In this document: one piece after another, positions 14,621 through 27,770 of the stretch
Layout of the letters: each line of letters starts with the position of its first letter
Position numbering within the stretch: the first letter of the stretch is position 1
Source of the DNA: Octopus vulgaris
Taxonomy: Eukaryota
Direction of reading: 5' to 3'
DNA: 64,000 bases
Assembly (NCBI GenBank): GCA_951406725.2
Contig: OX597830.1
Location: 49,042,001-49,106,000, forward strand
Notes under the pieces: generated by a model
Databases searched by the model: none
The model's input: the letters and a program-made list of their open reading frames with translations, nothing else
Told to the model about the DNA's origin: nothing
Position numbers and translations under genes: made by a program

Positions 14621-14869
14621 TCTCTCTATATATAAAACTGAGAATGCGTGTCTGTCTGTCTGTCTGTGTGTTTCCCTAAAACTTGACAACTACACAACCA
14701 ATTTCATTCAAATTTTATACATGCTTACTTAGGGTGCAAGGAGTGTCACGGGCCCCCCAAAAATGTTTAACTTCTTGCCTAGGGCGAACCCACAGCAATA
14801 TCACATCTCCACTATTTCAGTATTACGTGTTAAAAGGGAAACAAAAGCATCTCTCTATTGTATGTATAT

Positions 14870-14926
<57 letters not shown>

Positions 14927-15532
14927 TACATGTATATATATATAGATGTATATGTATACATGTATATGTAAACATGTATGTCTAGATGTATATATAGATG
15001 TACATGTAACATGTACACATATATATACATAAATATATACATACATATATACACCCATTCACACACCGATCCACCGACACACACACACACATAGGTGGAG
15101 GTGTGGCTGTGTGGTAACAAACTTGGTTCCAAAACACATGGTCCTCAGTTCAGTCCCACTGTGTGGTAACTTGGCATGTGTCTTCTGCTATAGCCTCAGA
15201 CCAACCAAAGCTTTGTCAGTGGATTTTGTAGACAGAAACTGAAAGAAATCAATTGTATGTATATGTATGAATATATGTAAGTCTATGTGTTTGTCTTTGT
15301 GTTTTTCCCACATCACTGCTTCACAACTGGTGTTCGTTTATTTACATCCCCATAACTTACTGGTTTCACAAGAAGAAACTGATAGAATAAGTACCAGGCT
15401 TATCAAAATATAAAACAGCACTACGAAGTGTCTCATATTTTTGTTTGCCAACTCAGTTGCATCTATCAATTTATATTTGTGTATGTGTGTATGTGTGTGT
15501 GTGTGTGTATATACATATATATATACATATAT

Positions 15533-15606
<74 letters not shown>

Positions 15607-16116
15607 CATAGTTCTTGAACCGGCACTTCAAGTAACGACTAGGGTAGAGTAACTGACTGCTTATTGTGATCATTCGTCTTTTGGTTTCCTGTAGCTTTGC
15701 TATCTTTTACAAACCCAGTGAACATATATTTCCTATTTCAAAGAAATTCAAACAATAGAAATAACACCCAAGTTAAAAAGATTTTCAACAATTCAACTTC
15801 TCTGGTTGACATTAAAATACCCACCCCCAACAGGGCCCTTAACTCTCATATTTTAGAGCTCCATGACCTTCATTTTTTAGAAGCAAAATCTTTTTAACAG
15901 GTTCAATAAGACTGGAATATGCGCATAAAAATCAGTAGTATGGGATACATGTGGCACGATTACAAATTTTTTAGGGTGTGTAAAGAGGGTAATAACCCTC
16001 ATCTGAAATTTTTATGAAATTCGAAACATAGATATTCCAGCTCATTACAGAAAATATAACATAAAAGTCTAATTCTTCAATTGAATGTAACCGGGCAACG
16101 CCGGGTATCTCTGCTA
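14621..16116 (+). mobile_element. Non-autonomous Helitron-like element (about 1.5 kb) containing a SINE
   Basis: Starts A|TCTCTCTATATATAAAACTGAG. Ends with hairpin ccgggcaacgccggg (16091-16105) then tatctctgCTA(T). Termini resemble the elements at 53982 and 61727. Confidence 0.75.
15094..15425 (+). mobile_element. SINE family B, 3'-truncated, nested in the Helitron
   Basis: Head ggtggaggtgtggctgtgtggtaa...cagttcagtcccactgtgtgg, followed by the family B body. Confidence 0.85.
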
Positions 16117-16424
16117 TTTGTTTCTAATTTCGGTACAAAACCAAGAATTTTTTAAAAAGAGGTGGAGGATAGCTGGTTACATGTACTCTAGTATATAACA
16201 TACTCTGATATTGTAACATAGCTATTTTCAATGCAAAACATATTCAGTTTTTCATAAATAAGATTAATAAATGTTATAAGACTATGAACGCATTCACATT
16301 TAAACATAAACACACTGTATACATTTACACACTCATACAAGTGCACTGACACCCACCGAGACACACGTACACACACACACACATTCACGCATGCAGACGT
16401 ATAATCTATGTGTGCATGTGTGTG

Positions 16425-16461
<37 letters not shown>

Positions 16462-16976
16462 GATTTCTGACATATGTGACAAAATAGTGAAAAAAGTTGT
16501 TTACCTCTTTAAATATTTGTTCTCAGCAAAGAAATAAGAACTTTTATATTATGTCCCCACTTACAAAAATATAGCATTGGATGAATAAATTATCTCATGT
16601 CATCTCTTTTGAGAATTTCGTTTGTTTCTCTGTACGCAATAAAGATTTTATAATGACTGTGTGTCCAAAAGTATAGGCCCTACCGAAAGACGGACTATGT
16701 TTAAATACGGATCAATAGACAAAACAAATCTCCGACTTGAACTGAAGCTTAGAGATAACAATAAGAGCAGACAGAGCAACAGTGTTCTTATAATAATGAC
16801 CAGTTATAAAATCCAAAGTCTTTGGATAAACTGGCTTTTGAGCTCTTTTAACTATTCTTTCTCGTTCTCTGAACATCTGTGTTTCTATACTACGCATGCA
16901 TCAATGTATCATACACATACACTCATGTACACGTGCGCGCGCTCACACACACGTTTTTGCTTGTATTCACGTACTG

Positions 16977-16979
<3 letters not shown>

Positions 16980-17034
<55 letters not shown>

Positions 17035-17040
17035 ATACAT

Positions 17041-17090
<50 letters not shown>

Positions 17091-17169
17091 TTAACTCTAT
17101 GTGTATACATACACACACATACACACACACATACATATATGTCTGTATGTATATGTATGCATGTATATA

Positions 17170-17254
<85 letters not shown>

Positions 17255-17255
17255 T
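16980..17255. repeat. Compound (TA)n/(CA)n/(TG)n microsatellite
   Basis: Directly visible. Confidence 0.95.
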
Positions 17256-18076
17256 AACCTGTCTGTGTGTGTGTATAACTTTAGCATTCATCACAAAAAG
17301 AGATATCGCGTTTAGCTTTCAACATAAAACTTTCTCTATATTCAACAGGAGACAGAAAATATGCGTTATTTATGGTATCATATTTCCTGTCCAAATTGCC
17401 AGTCTCGTATTAATCTAACTGAAACCAAATCTAATGCAAGCTATAGTTTTGACAGCAGATTAAGATGTGAGCAAATGGAAAGTCCCGTTGGTGACAGGCG
17501 AAAGGCAGAAATTGATGAAATTAATGGAAATGATGCTACAATTATGTACAAAAAAATCATCATACACACATGAAAGCCGAACATATATAGCCATGCTATG
17601 ATATAGCTTTACGTATCACACGAAAGAATAGAGTGCAAATGTTATAAAAAGAACATGAGATCAGACAATTTATCATGACTGTTATGATTAACATATGATA
17701 TCAATAATTGGTGGATGAGAACAAACTTTGTTCATAATAAACTTTTCGATAATTGTTTTTCTAAGTGCGGTCTGGAGGGAGGTCACCTTCTGACAATCTG
17801 AGATACTACGTAAGGGGAAACTCTGTGTGTGTGTGTGTGGGGGGGGGAGTGGAACAACGAAAGATCGATTATACTGAGACCGAAGTGTAATAAAGGGAAA
17901 TTTACGAAAGGTACGTGCCAGCGGGTAGCTTTAAAATGTGGTACGTTGTTTATTCCAGTGAGTTATGGTACAAGCTCGATAAGTACCCATAGACGAGCTA
18001 TGTTCATCGTGGTTGAAAAGGCTAAGCTTTTATTCGAGGATTCACTGAGAGAATACACAAGGATAACATAGGGTGC

Positions 18077-18337
18077 AGAGAGAGGGAGAGAGAGAGGGAG
18101 AGAGAGAGGGAGAGAGAGAGAAAGAGAGAAAGAAAGGGGGGAGAGAGAGAAGAGAGAGAGAGAAAGAGAGAAAGAAAGGGAGAGAGATAGAGAAAGAGTG
18201 AGAGAGGGAGAGAAAAAGTGAGAGAGAGAGAGAAAGAGAGAGAGAGAAAGAGAGAAAGAAAGGGAGAGAGAGAAAGAGAGAGAGAGAAAGAGTGAGAGAG
18301 AGAGAAAGAGAGAGAGAAAGAGAGAAAGAGAGAGAGA
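18077..18337. repeat. Imperfect (GA)n polypurine tract, about 260 bp
   Basis: Directly visible. Confidence 0.95.
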
Positions 18338-19765
18338 TGTTAGTAAAAAAAGAAATGAATATTTAAATTAAAATTGTTTATGAATGGCATGAACCTGGAA
18401 TAATATAATTTTCATTCTTAAGTAAGAAATAACGTTTCGAAGATTCGATGCCATTCAGACCTGTGTTTATTGCCTCGGTTTGACCCCATGTAAAGTTCAT
18501 TTCCCCCCACTCGCTTTCATTATTTTACTTCAAGATGTTCTCTCACCCTCCAGTCTTTCACCTCCAAGTGCTGTTTGTTGTAACTCTCTATTTTGTATCC
18601 CGTTTTGACCCATTCCGTGTGTAGGATTTTATAATCTCAAGGACCACGCCATTATGACCGGTTTCACAATTTGTCCCCAGTCAATGGATCTAAATGAAGT
18701 CATTTCAAAGCGAAGTGACTGTTCAATAGAGTAAATAGTTGCTGTTTAGTGCTGGATCAGCCAGAGTGGTGATAAAAGGCTTCCTAGTCGTGACCTTCTT
18801 ACCTTTCAGGTTGAATTTAGGAATCTATTAAGCAATGCCTCTTTCCATTTTAAAGCAGTATGTTGTACATGTTGTTTCACTGGCTCACCTAAAGGGTTTC
18901 GGCGGTTGTTGTTTAGCAACAAGTCTATCGTTAGCACGTATGTGTGTGTGTGTGTGTGTTCGTCAGTGCATGTGCGCACGTTTGCGTGTTTAGTTGAAAG
19001 TATAGCGGTTCTATTCCACGTTTACATGTGTAAATTACATCAGAATCGAATGTAGATTAACATAATCGGTCAATTGTGTAAATATAATACAGAATTAGGA
19101 ATTGGCACCTGAATGTTAACAACAGGTGTAGAACTTATATATATGTATCTTTCGGTTGACGTTCTCGTATTAGTCTTGTGATTCAGTTAACAGTTTCAGG
19201 CTATAGAATTCATTTGGAGATGTTCCATATCTTTCCAAGAATTCACTTCGGGATTCTATTAACAAGATTTTCTTACGATTCTACTGAAATGGAATAGGTA
19301 AACTAATTGAAAGAACATTCATGGAACTTGATTATATTGAAATCGAATATAGAGTAGTTTGAATTCCTTCGGCTTGAATTTCTGAGAATTTATGTTATAG
19401 AGTAGGAATATATTATAGTTTTGGATACATTGTACGAATTCTAACACCTTTTGCGTTAGTAACTTCTCTCACCATTAAGCTATTATAGCACAGTTTCAAT
19501 CTACAAGAAAATGGTAAAGAATTCGTTAATAAACATAGAAGCAGTCATATAAACATTTGCTGTGAGCGCCGTAGAGGACGTGTTAGGATTAAAGCAAACT
19601 GAAGTTGCGATAATTTTCAATGCGAAAATCGGAAATTCTACGAACGTCACTGATTCTGTTTTACTCCACCCACTATATCTCATTCCAGGGTAAATAAATT
19701 AATATAAAAAAAAAACAAGGATACAAAATATTCATAAAAACAATTCCAAAAATTTATTTATTCAA

Positions 19766-20115
19766 GGCGTGGTAAGAAACCTTGCTTCTCAATTACATGG
19801 TTCCGGTTTCAGTCTCACTGTGTGGCACCTTGGGCCGACCAAAGCCTTGTGGGTCAATTTAGTAGACAGAAACTAAAAGAAGTCCGTCGCATGTATATAT
19901 TTATGTATGTCTTTCTGTCTGTTTTTGTCCCCCTACCGCTTGACAAGCAGTGCTGGTGTCTTTACGTCTCCGAAAATTAGCGGTTCGGTAAAATGGACCG
20001 ATATAATAATTACTAAGCTTAAAAACAGTCCTGGGATCGATTAGTTCGACTAAGACCTTTCAAGGTGGTGCCCCAACATGGCCACAGTCAAATAACTGAA
20101 ACAAATAAAAGATAA
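19766..20115 (+). mobile_element. SINE family B
   Basis: catggttccggtttcagtctcactgtgtggcaccttggg... through catggccacagtcaaataactgaaacaaataaaaga. Confidence 0.85.
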
Positions 20116-20339
20116 CAGATATAGAGAATAATTAAAAATAGCGGAGCATATTTTAATGTCACTTAGACGAGCACAGTACAATTTGATAACCCATTTCTTT
20201 TTTTTTTTTTTTGCTACACGGGATCGTTCATAGTGAAAATAACGTGTCAGAAGAAAGTAGACAACACGTGGGGATGTATATACATTGTTATAGGAAATGT
20301 GGGATGGGAAGTTTGAATTTATAGGTGGGATGTTCCTAG

Positions 20340-20905
20340 CAGGTTTTTTTTTTTGGATAGTGTGTAGTGTTGAGGACCCAGGCATAGCTTCTACGTTTCT
20401 GTTTATATGTTGCTTTTGTGATACCCATTGCTCCAATTATTACTAGCATTTTTTTTCACCTTCATGTCCCAAATCCTGAATACGTCAATTTTGAGGACTT
20501 TGTACTTCGACAATTTTTCCACTTCTTTTTGAACAAGATTTTGGCCAGGAGGGACTGCAATGTCTATCAGGTTTTTCCCCCACCCTACCTCATCTTTGAT
20601 TATTATGACTGGGCGATTATCTTTCATTTCTCAGTCGGTTTGAACAAGCATATCCCTGATGGCCGTGGCCTGTTCGTTGTTCTGTACCTCGTTTGGCATG
20701 TTTATACTATCTATTGTCAGTATTTTTATGCTGTAGTGTTGGCATATTGACCATTGGGTATAACTACTCACTCGGTCGTATCCGAAAATATATTGTATTC
20801 AGATTTGACAAGGACTGGACAGCCAGAGATGATGTGGTCAATTGTCTCATTGTCATGGTTGCAAATTCTACATTTGGTGTTAAGGCCTGTTTTCAATATT
20901 TTACT
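20340..20905 (-). mobile_element. R4/Dong-like LINE 3' fragment
   Basis: Minus strand: CRICNHDNETIDHIISGCPVL (CCHC knuckle), then ORF 20403-20627 NRPVIIIKD...LIDIAVP...KEVEKLSKY. Confidence 0.85.
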
Positions 20906-20964
20906 TTTACTGGTGCCGATGATAGCGACTAATTTCATCCCTTCAAAGTTAGAATATTCTTCAA

Positions 20965-21256
20965 GTCGAGTAGCCCAGCCCGCTCAAAAGGTCCATGAAT
21001 AATTCGCCTCTGGAAACATGGGTGTTTCGTTCAACATCCTTAAACAACCCCTATTCAGGGACCTGTCGAGCGGGATGGGTTACTCGACCAGAAGAAAATT
21101 CTTAACACCTGCAAGGTCATGAGATCACCATGTCGCGCACATATGGTTGTGATGCACGTGCCTAGTGTACCCTTATCAGATGGGTTGTCATGAGGGGTAT
21201 ACTGGGCTTCGTATATTTTACCCCAGTGTCACTTTGATGGCATGCACTGCTCTCTC

Positions 21257-21292
<36 letters not shown>
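20965..21292 (+). mobile_element. SINE-like retroposon with (TAA)n tail
   Basis: GC-richer block ending ...gatggcatgcactgctctctcaataataat. Recalled as an octopus repeat. Single copy in this window. Confidence 0.55.
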
Positions 21293-21297
<5 letters not shown>

Positions 21298-22812
21298 TAA
21301 AAATGATGATGATGATGATAATAGTAATAATGATAACAATGATGATGATTGTGATAATAACAATAATAATAATAATGATGATGATGATGAAATCTGGTAT
21401 TCAGGCTGATTTAGATAAAGCTTTACAATTAGTTTAAATCGGTTCCATTATATGGCAAGTATTTATTTTGTAGATTATGGAGAGATAAAGTACATCACAA
21501 TATGGTACATAGGAAATAATAGTAATTTATACTTCCTATCGATAGATTTATATTGCTCTGCTAAAATTCTTTATACGCACTGAAGGCCCTACAACACAGA
21601 ATTTGCGATTCTCAGGGACTTAGAAATGACATAAGCATTCGAATTGATTTAACAAAGGGGTGCAATAATTGTCCAAGTCACTGAAATCATTATAACTACT
21701 TAGCCTTACAGCGAAGCAGTCCATTGAAAGCAAATTTTAAAAAAATTTGCTTGAAATACTGACTTCGGTTCAGTGAGTATTCATTACACTGTGTGTGGGT
21801 ATCTACCTCATTAACTGTGAGTTAAAAATCTCACTTCGTCGAAAGTAGCAAAATTTAGAAATCTAAAGAAATTTGACAGCGATCGAGGAATCTAATCACG
21901 GAGTTTTAGTGTGTCCATGGAATTGTATCTCTAACCAACCCACTAAGCTCACATATAAAACAGTCTGTAAATATGTACGAAAGGAAGGGAGAATTTACAT
22001 CCTTAGACAGCGGTAGCACTAGTAGTTATTCCTGATTCATTGTTTTGTGATCCCAAATTATTTATTTCCAGACGAATGGACTGCAGTAACTTAACATTAT
22101 TGACAATAACTTTAGCTACGTTGCAACGGGACACGTAAAGGCACATTGATTGACAGACAGCCATGCCATTAGAAACGGATTATGTTAAACCAAAGGCAGA
22201 AATACTCGTTTAAGCCCCAATTTAAGATTCCTCAACGGTAAATGTTTTTAAATCTCCAAGCATTGTGACTTAGAAACGATAATTTTATTACTTTTTCAGT
22301 TGCTGTCTTAGATATTTTTTTAAAAAACGAAACGATGTGAAGCAGAAGACAAGATTGATAAGACACGGAATGTGACGTTTATTTGAAATATGATGTCATG
22401 TTTATAATGTTGGTCACGAATGTGAGAATATTTCTAGCAAAAGTCATCAAATGTCGATCGATATTAGAGTTAATATTTAAGATAATCTATATTTAAGATT
22501 GGTCAATGCGCCTGAATAACCGATACCGCAGATAAGGAAGAATAGTGTTGCTGTTTATTTACATTTTGTTGTGTTTAATTAAACAACAAATATTAAAGCG
22601 GAAATTTGTTAGAAAATGCAGCCAGCCTCAACTTCAGGCGTTATATCCTACCGTATCAAATAGAGGTTTGTTGAACAGTGTAGCCCTTGGAATACGAACA
22701 GACTACTAAAATCCTGCTGATCTGTAATTAAAGAAGTTCCATCCGCGATCATCCAGATATGAATCGATGTCAAGAAACCACTTGCATGAAGGTTGCCTAC
22801 AAGAACAAAAAA

Positions 22813-23047
22813 GGCGGCGAGCTTGCAAAATGGTTAGCACGCCGGGCGAAAGGCTTAGCGGTACTTCGTCTGCCGTTACGTTCTGAGTTCAAATTTATTC
22901 CGCTGAGGTCGGCTTTGCCTTTCATCCTTACGGGGTCGATAAATTAAGTACCAGTTACGCACTGGGGTCGATATAATCGACTTAATCCGTTTGTCTGTCC
23001 TTATTTGTCCTCTTTGTGTTTACCCCCATTGTGGGCAGTAAAGAAGG
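22813..23047 (+). mobile_element. SINE family A, full length, with 19-bp TSD
   Basis: TSD aggttgcctacaagaacaa at 22790-22808 and 23048-23066. Body matches the 2395 copy. Confidence 0.92.
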
Positions 23048-23411
23048 AGGTTGCCTACAAGAACAATGTAGATGCTCATTTGCATACAAAGCGCAAGTTA
23101 GGAAAACATCAATATTCAAGTTCAAACCATTTATAGCAAATACTTATTAAAATATCTATTTAAAAAATCACGCACAGTTATCATATATCGCATCCAGAAA
23201 AGAAAAAAAAATGCATCTGATTGAACCTGATTTCGCTAAAACATACGTTCTTATTCTCATCGATCGACATTTGATGACTTTAATATGTGCTGTCTTTCTG
23301 CGCTGCATTTTCTGACACAATTACGATAGGTTACGGACTCCAGTCACTCTCTGACCTCTCTTCTCTAATCAGACGTGTTTGTTCTATCCAACGCTCACTC
23401 CACATACCAGC

Positions 23412-23452
23412 ACTACTACTACTACTAGTACTACTACTACTACTACTACTAT

Positions 23453-23492
<40 letters not shown>
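23412..23492. repeat. (CTA)n microsatellite
   Basis: Directly visible. Confidence 0.95.
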
Positions 23493-23493
<1 letters not shown>

Positions 23494-23852
23494 TCTCTCC
23501 AGCGATTCATCTCTCTGAATTTTCATTATTACTAAACTTTCTACATTTAACTATTTGTAACTGTTTAAAGGCAAAGTGAATGATAGAGAAATCTCACTGC
23601 TCTTTCCACTAACATTACTTCCACTAACACCGTCATTGCCACTAACCAAAAGCTCAATACTATTACAACCAATACCAAAGTCACTAATAGTGACTTTGAT
23701 ATTAGTTTAGACAGTACTGAGTTACTAAATCGTCACCAAAAATATAATCAGCACGAATACCATCACTGTTACCCTCATTGCCACTAATGCCACCGCCATT
23801 ACCATCAATACCATGATTTCAACTACCAATGTCATCACCACATAACCCTTCT

Positions 23853-24130
23853 ACTTCTTCTGTGTTGTGTGCTGTGTACAATCATTCAACCTCTTGTTTC
23901 CCGTCCATTCTTTGATGTCGTCAGCCCATAAAAGCTTCCGACGCCCTTTTGTTTCTCTTTCCTTCCACATTGTGTTTCAGGATAGCCTTGGGCAGTGGCT
24001 CGTGAGGTTGTGTGTTCAAAATATGATAGCTTTGTTGGACTTCATTCTCGACAATATGTGCCTTTGGACTTTTCTACATCTATTTGATCCTTATTCTTCT
24101 ATGTCACTCTCAGTGGGCCTTTAACCACAA
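23853..24130 (-). mobile_element. RTE/Bov-B-like LINE 3' remnant
   Basis: Minus strand GRRKLLWADDIKEWTG resembles RTE GRPR..W.DDIKEWTG. Short (GAA)-like tail. Confidence 0.6.
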
Positions 24131-24900
24131 GTAATATGGTGAAAACTGTTGCACTGAAACCGTCATCTCCTTCATCTGTATAAGGCAGACGAATGTCTAT
24201 CTCGTCTCATCGATTGATAGGTCCCTATCAGTTCGTACCGTTACAGCGGTACTGATGAAAATGCTTCTGACTCACAATTTGTTCTGCTGCAGTGTTCACT
24301 TTTGTTCGACACACTCTTTTTCATACACATTAACGCTCTATAACGCTCTACTCGACGTCATCCCCAACAAAGAATAATTCTACTCAGATAATACAACTCT
24401 TCATCCCTTTCTAATCTCCTGATCCTACACCGGACAATTCAAGAAGGCACCGTTGGTATGAACAGAGACTACAAAAACATCCTCCAATTGGAGTCAATAT
24501 TTCCTTCAACACTACGAAGACACTCGTTTCCCTGAAGACGAACAACACCTAAGGTAAACTGGCGACGCACACTAGAAATATTTAGCCTCATATCCCTAAG
24601 GGTCTCCAATGTAGATCACTCAACCGCAACAAAATCCAACACCGGCTTCTCAGTAAACTCATTTGTATTGTTATAGTCTGCGAAGACATCTGCCATCCAA
24701 TGTAAAACCTATACCCGCTCGACTATAGCTAGCATCTAAATCATATTTCCGTCGGACTGACGATAACACCGCGCCTTCTTGCCCGGAAAATGTGAAAAAA
24801 TGGAAATCAGCACGGATAAAAATGAAATACGAAGTGTTTTAATTAACGATATGATACAACCTCCACACCTACAAACACACACACACACACACACATGTAA

Positions 24901-24951
<51 letters not shown>

Positions 24952-24959
<8 letters not shown>

Positions 24960-25289
24960 ATATTTTGGAATGGTCATATTGCCAGTTTAGCCAATAAAAA
25001 CACACGCACTATATATTTGGTGTTATTTTGCTTCAGTGATATTTATTTTTTACATTAATCTTAATCTTATTTCGGCCAAAGTTCTTTCGTCACACTCCTG
25101 TGACCGCATCAGTGGTCCTTTGTTTTCTTCTCACTTACTTGTGTCTCTCCTTACTAACCGTCAGCCATTTTGTATTTCTATTGTATGTCTTTATTGGCTA
25201 AACTGGCAATATGACCATTCCAAAATATAACAATATCTGTTTCAACACACGACTTCACATAAAAAATCTTGCACAACAAATATTTAAAC

Positions 25290-25290
<1 letters not shown>
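24952..25290. mobile_element. Short element with a perfect 47-bp inverted repeat and an internal hammerhead-like motif, inserted in (TA)n
   Basis: 24952-24998 is the exact reverse complement of 25190-25236. (TA)n lies on both sides of 24952-25290. Confidence 0.8.
25074..25117 (-). ncRNA. Degenerate minimal type I hammerhead-ribozyme-like motif
   Basis: Minus strand gacca CTGATGC g GTCACA ggag TGTGAC GAAA gaac TT tggcc. Perfect 6-bp stem II, GAAA and cca/tgg stem I; A9 is replaced by C. Confidence 0.5.
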
Positions 25291-25358
<68 letters not shown>

Positions 25359-26037
25359 CATCTCCACTCGACTGTATATATGTGCTTTTGTTTATCTATC
25401 TATCACTAGGTTGTTCCTCTGTAGAGTAATGGAGATAATTCGAAATAGTGCCACCGATTTCGAATTACTCTACATTCAATGAAATACTGACTTTAGGACA
25501 ATTGGAATAAATTTCATTTTGGAAAGTACATAGCATCTGTCACCCCGTTGCCTCTTTCTTTCTCCTCTCTGTATATATGTATGAATATATGTATGTATGA
25601 ATGCTTGTCTGTCTGTCTGTCTGTCTGTCTCTTTCACACATTCTCTCTTTCTCTTTCACACACACACACACACACATTTACTCAATTCGGCATGTATATC
25701 CATATATTTATACTGTAAACATACATACTCACATATGCACATACACACGTATTTTTCTGAGGTTTCATCTTCGGCCTAAAAGAAACCCCATAAATTATAA
25801 TATGATGTAATTATATTACAAAATGAAATTTGTTTCTCGATAATAGATAATTACATTAAGATTTATGAAGATAATTTCAGTGAAATATCAGTGTTAAATA
25901 TGTATGAAGTGCTAGAATATACTAAATGTCAACATCACAATAAAATGTCTCAAAACTAAGATATATCTCGTGTGTTCACAATATGTATTATATATTTGTC
26001 CAACCAGATTTTCTGAAGCAGCTGCTGTAGAGCGACT

Positions 26038-26063
26038 CAACAACAACAACAACAACAACAACA

Positions 26064-26116
<53 letters not shown>

Positions 26117-26135
26117 CATAATAATAATAATAATG
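26038..26135. repeat. (AAC)n/(AAT)n microsatellite
   Basis: Directly visible. Confidence 0.95.
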
Positions 26136-26139
26136 ATAA

Positions 26140-26669
26140 GGTCACAGAATACGAGAAAGCGACTATACTCTGGGATATGCCAACTATATCTGGCCTGTTG
26201 GCCTTAATTTCCCTATCTGTGTCAGATAGAGAAATTAAGGCCAACAGGCCAGATATAGTTATCAGAGATCATGAAGAAAAAAATGCTTTCTAATTGATGT
26301 ATCAATACAAGCAGATGACAACGTGTCCCTAACAGAAATGGAGAAACTTTCAAAATACAAGGACCTGGAAATAGAGGTAACTCCAATGTGGAATCTAAAA
26401 ACAGAAACACTTCCTATCATAGTAGGCGCATTAGGTATGATAAAAAAATATTCAGACAAATTCATAACAAAATCACCAGGACTTACAAACACATATAACA
26501 TACAGAAAATTGCACTTTTGGGCACTGCATACATCCTACGCAAAACACTTTCAATACAATAACCATCAGAGCACCACAACAAATCACAGCACATACCCAA
26601 GGCACACAGAGCTGCGCTCGGTAGTGAAGTGAAAGCACGCTATGAAAATAAAACTACTGAATAATAATA
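26140..26669 (+). mobile_element. R4/Dong-like LINE 3' fragment
   Basis: ILWDMP...DREIKANRPDIVIRD...LIDVSI...EKLSKYKDLEIEV...PIIVGALG...IQKIALLGTAYILRKTL*, then a 3' UTR and (TAA)n. Confidence 0.88.
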
Positions 26670-26710
26670 AGCTTTTCGCCTGATATGCTAACGATTCTGC
26701 TTTAATGATA

Positions 26711-26902
26711 ATAATAATCCTTTCTACTATAGGTACAAGGCGTGAAATTTGTAGGAAGGGGGATAGTCGATTATATCGACCCCAGTGCTCCATTGGTACT
26801 TATTTCATCGACCCCGAAAGGATGAAAGGTAAAGTCGATCTTGGCGGAATTCGAGCCTGGAACATAAGGACGGACCAAATACCGTTAAGCATTTTACCCG
26901 TC
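26711..26902 (-). mobile_element. SINE family A, alternative tail, 5'-truncated
   Basis: Plus strand atcgaccccgaaaggatgaaaggtaaagtcga is the reverse complement of the family A core. Confidence 0.85.
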
Positions 26903-26906
26903 TTTC

Positions 26907-26953
<47 letters not shown>

Positions 26954-26967
26954 TATAATAATAATAA

Positions 26968-27575
26968 ACATTACAAAATCGGCACTCATGCTTACTAGTA
27001 TGAACATCATTTTGAGCCAGTCGTTGAAGGTAAAACTTACACTATCCTCTGGGATTTTCCATTCAACACCAACAAAACGATAGAGAATAATTGACCCGAC
27101 ATAATTATTAAAGGCTGAGAAGAGAATATTGTAGACTGATAGATGTAAGTGTTGCCTCTGATAAAAATATATCTGTAAAGGAATTTAACAAATCAAATAA
27201 ATATAAGGACTTGGAAATAGCAATACAAAAGATGTGACATCTTAAAGCAAGAACTAATGCTGTTATTGTAGGGATTCAGCAACATCTACATAACATCCCA
27301 GGAGAAAGAACCATGTCTAAGAGAAATCCAAAAGATTGTGCTGACAAGTACTACCCAAATCATTAGAAAAACCCTGTCCATTTAAATGTCTGTGTTGTAT
27401 TACATGAAAACATTTCACTACTGCCCCTGCCACTACCCGTCCTCAAGCTTTCAGTCATACTGTAGCCTCTCTTATCTTTCACTTGCCCTAGAACGCTGGG
27501 TGTGTCTCGGCAAGTGATTGTAACAAACATACAAATTAAAAGTAAATAACAACAACAACAACAACAACAATAATA
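26968..27575 (+). mobile_element. R4/Dong-like LINE 3' fragment, second subfamily
   Basis: YEHHFEPVVEGKTYTILWDFP...N*PDIIIK...DVSVASDKNISVKE...KYKDLEIAIQKM. (CAA)n/(TAA)n tail. Confidence 0.8.
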
Positions 27576-27576
27576 A

Positions 27577-27770
27577 TGTTCGTCCGTCGTTGTGGACGAT
27601 GACCATGACATCACACTAGAGAAGATAGGTTGTGGTATATGCATTTAGGCTGATGCGTACTCGGAATGATCTGCCACGGGTCAGGAACTGGTGGTTTACT
27701 GAGAATGAAGATAAAGAGTTGGCTCTGGACTTGCGCAGATGACGTTTTTGTGTGCTCCATGTGTTGGAAA
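27577..27770 (-). mobile_element. RTE-clade LINE extreme 3' fragment
   Basis: KRHLRKSRA...TRGRSFRVRISLNAY resembles RTE C-terminal CGRSFRARIGL.SH. Short 3' UTR ends ...gacggacgaac. Confidence 0.6.
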
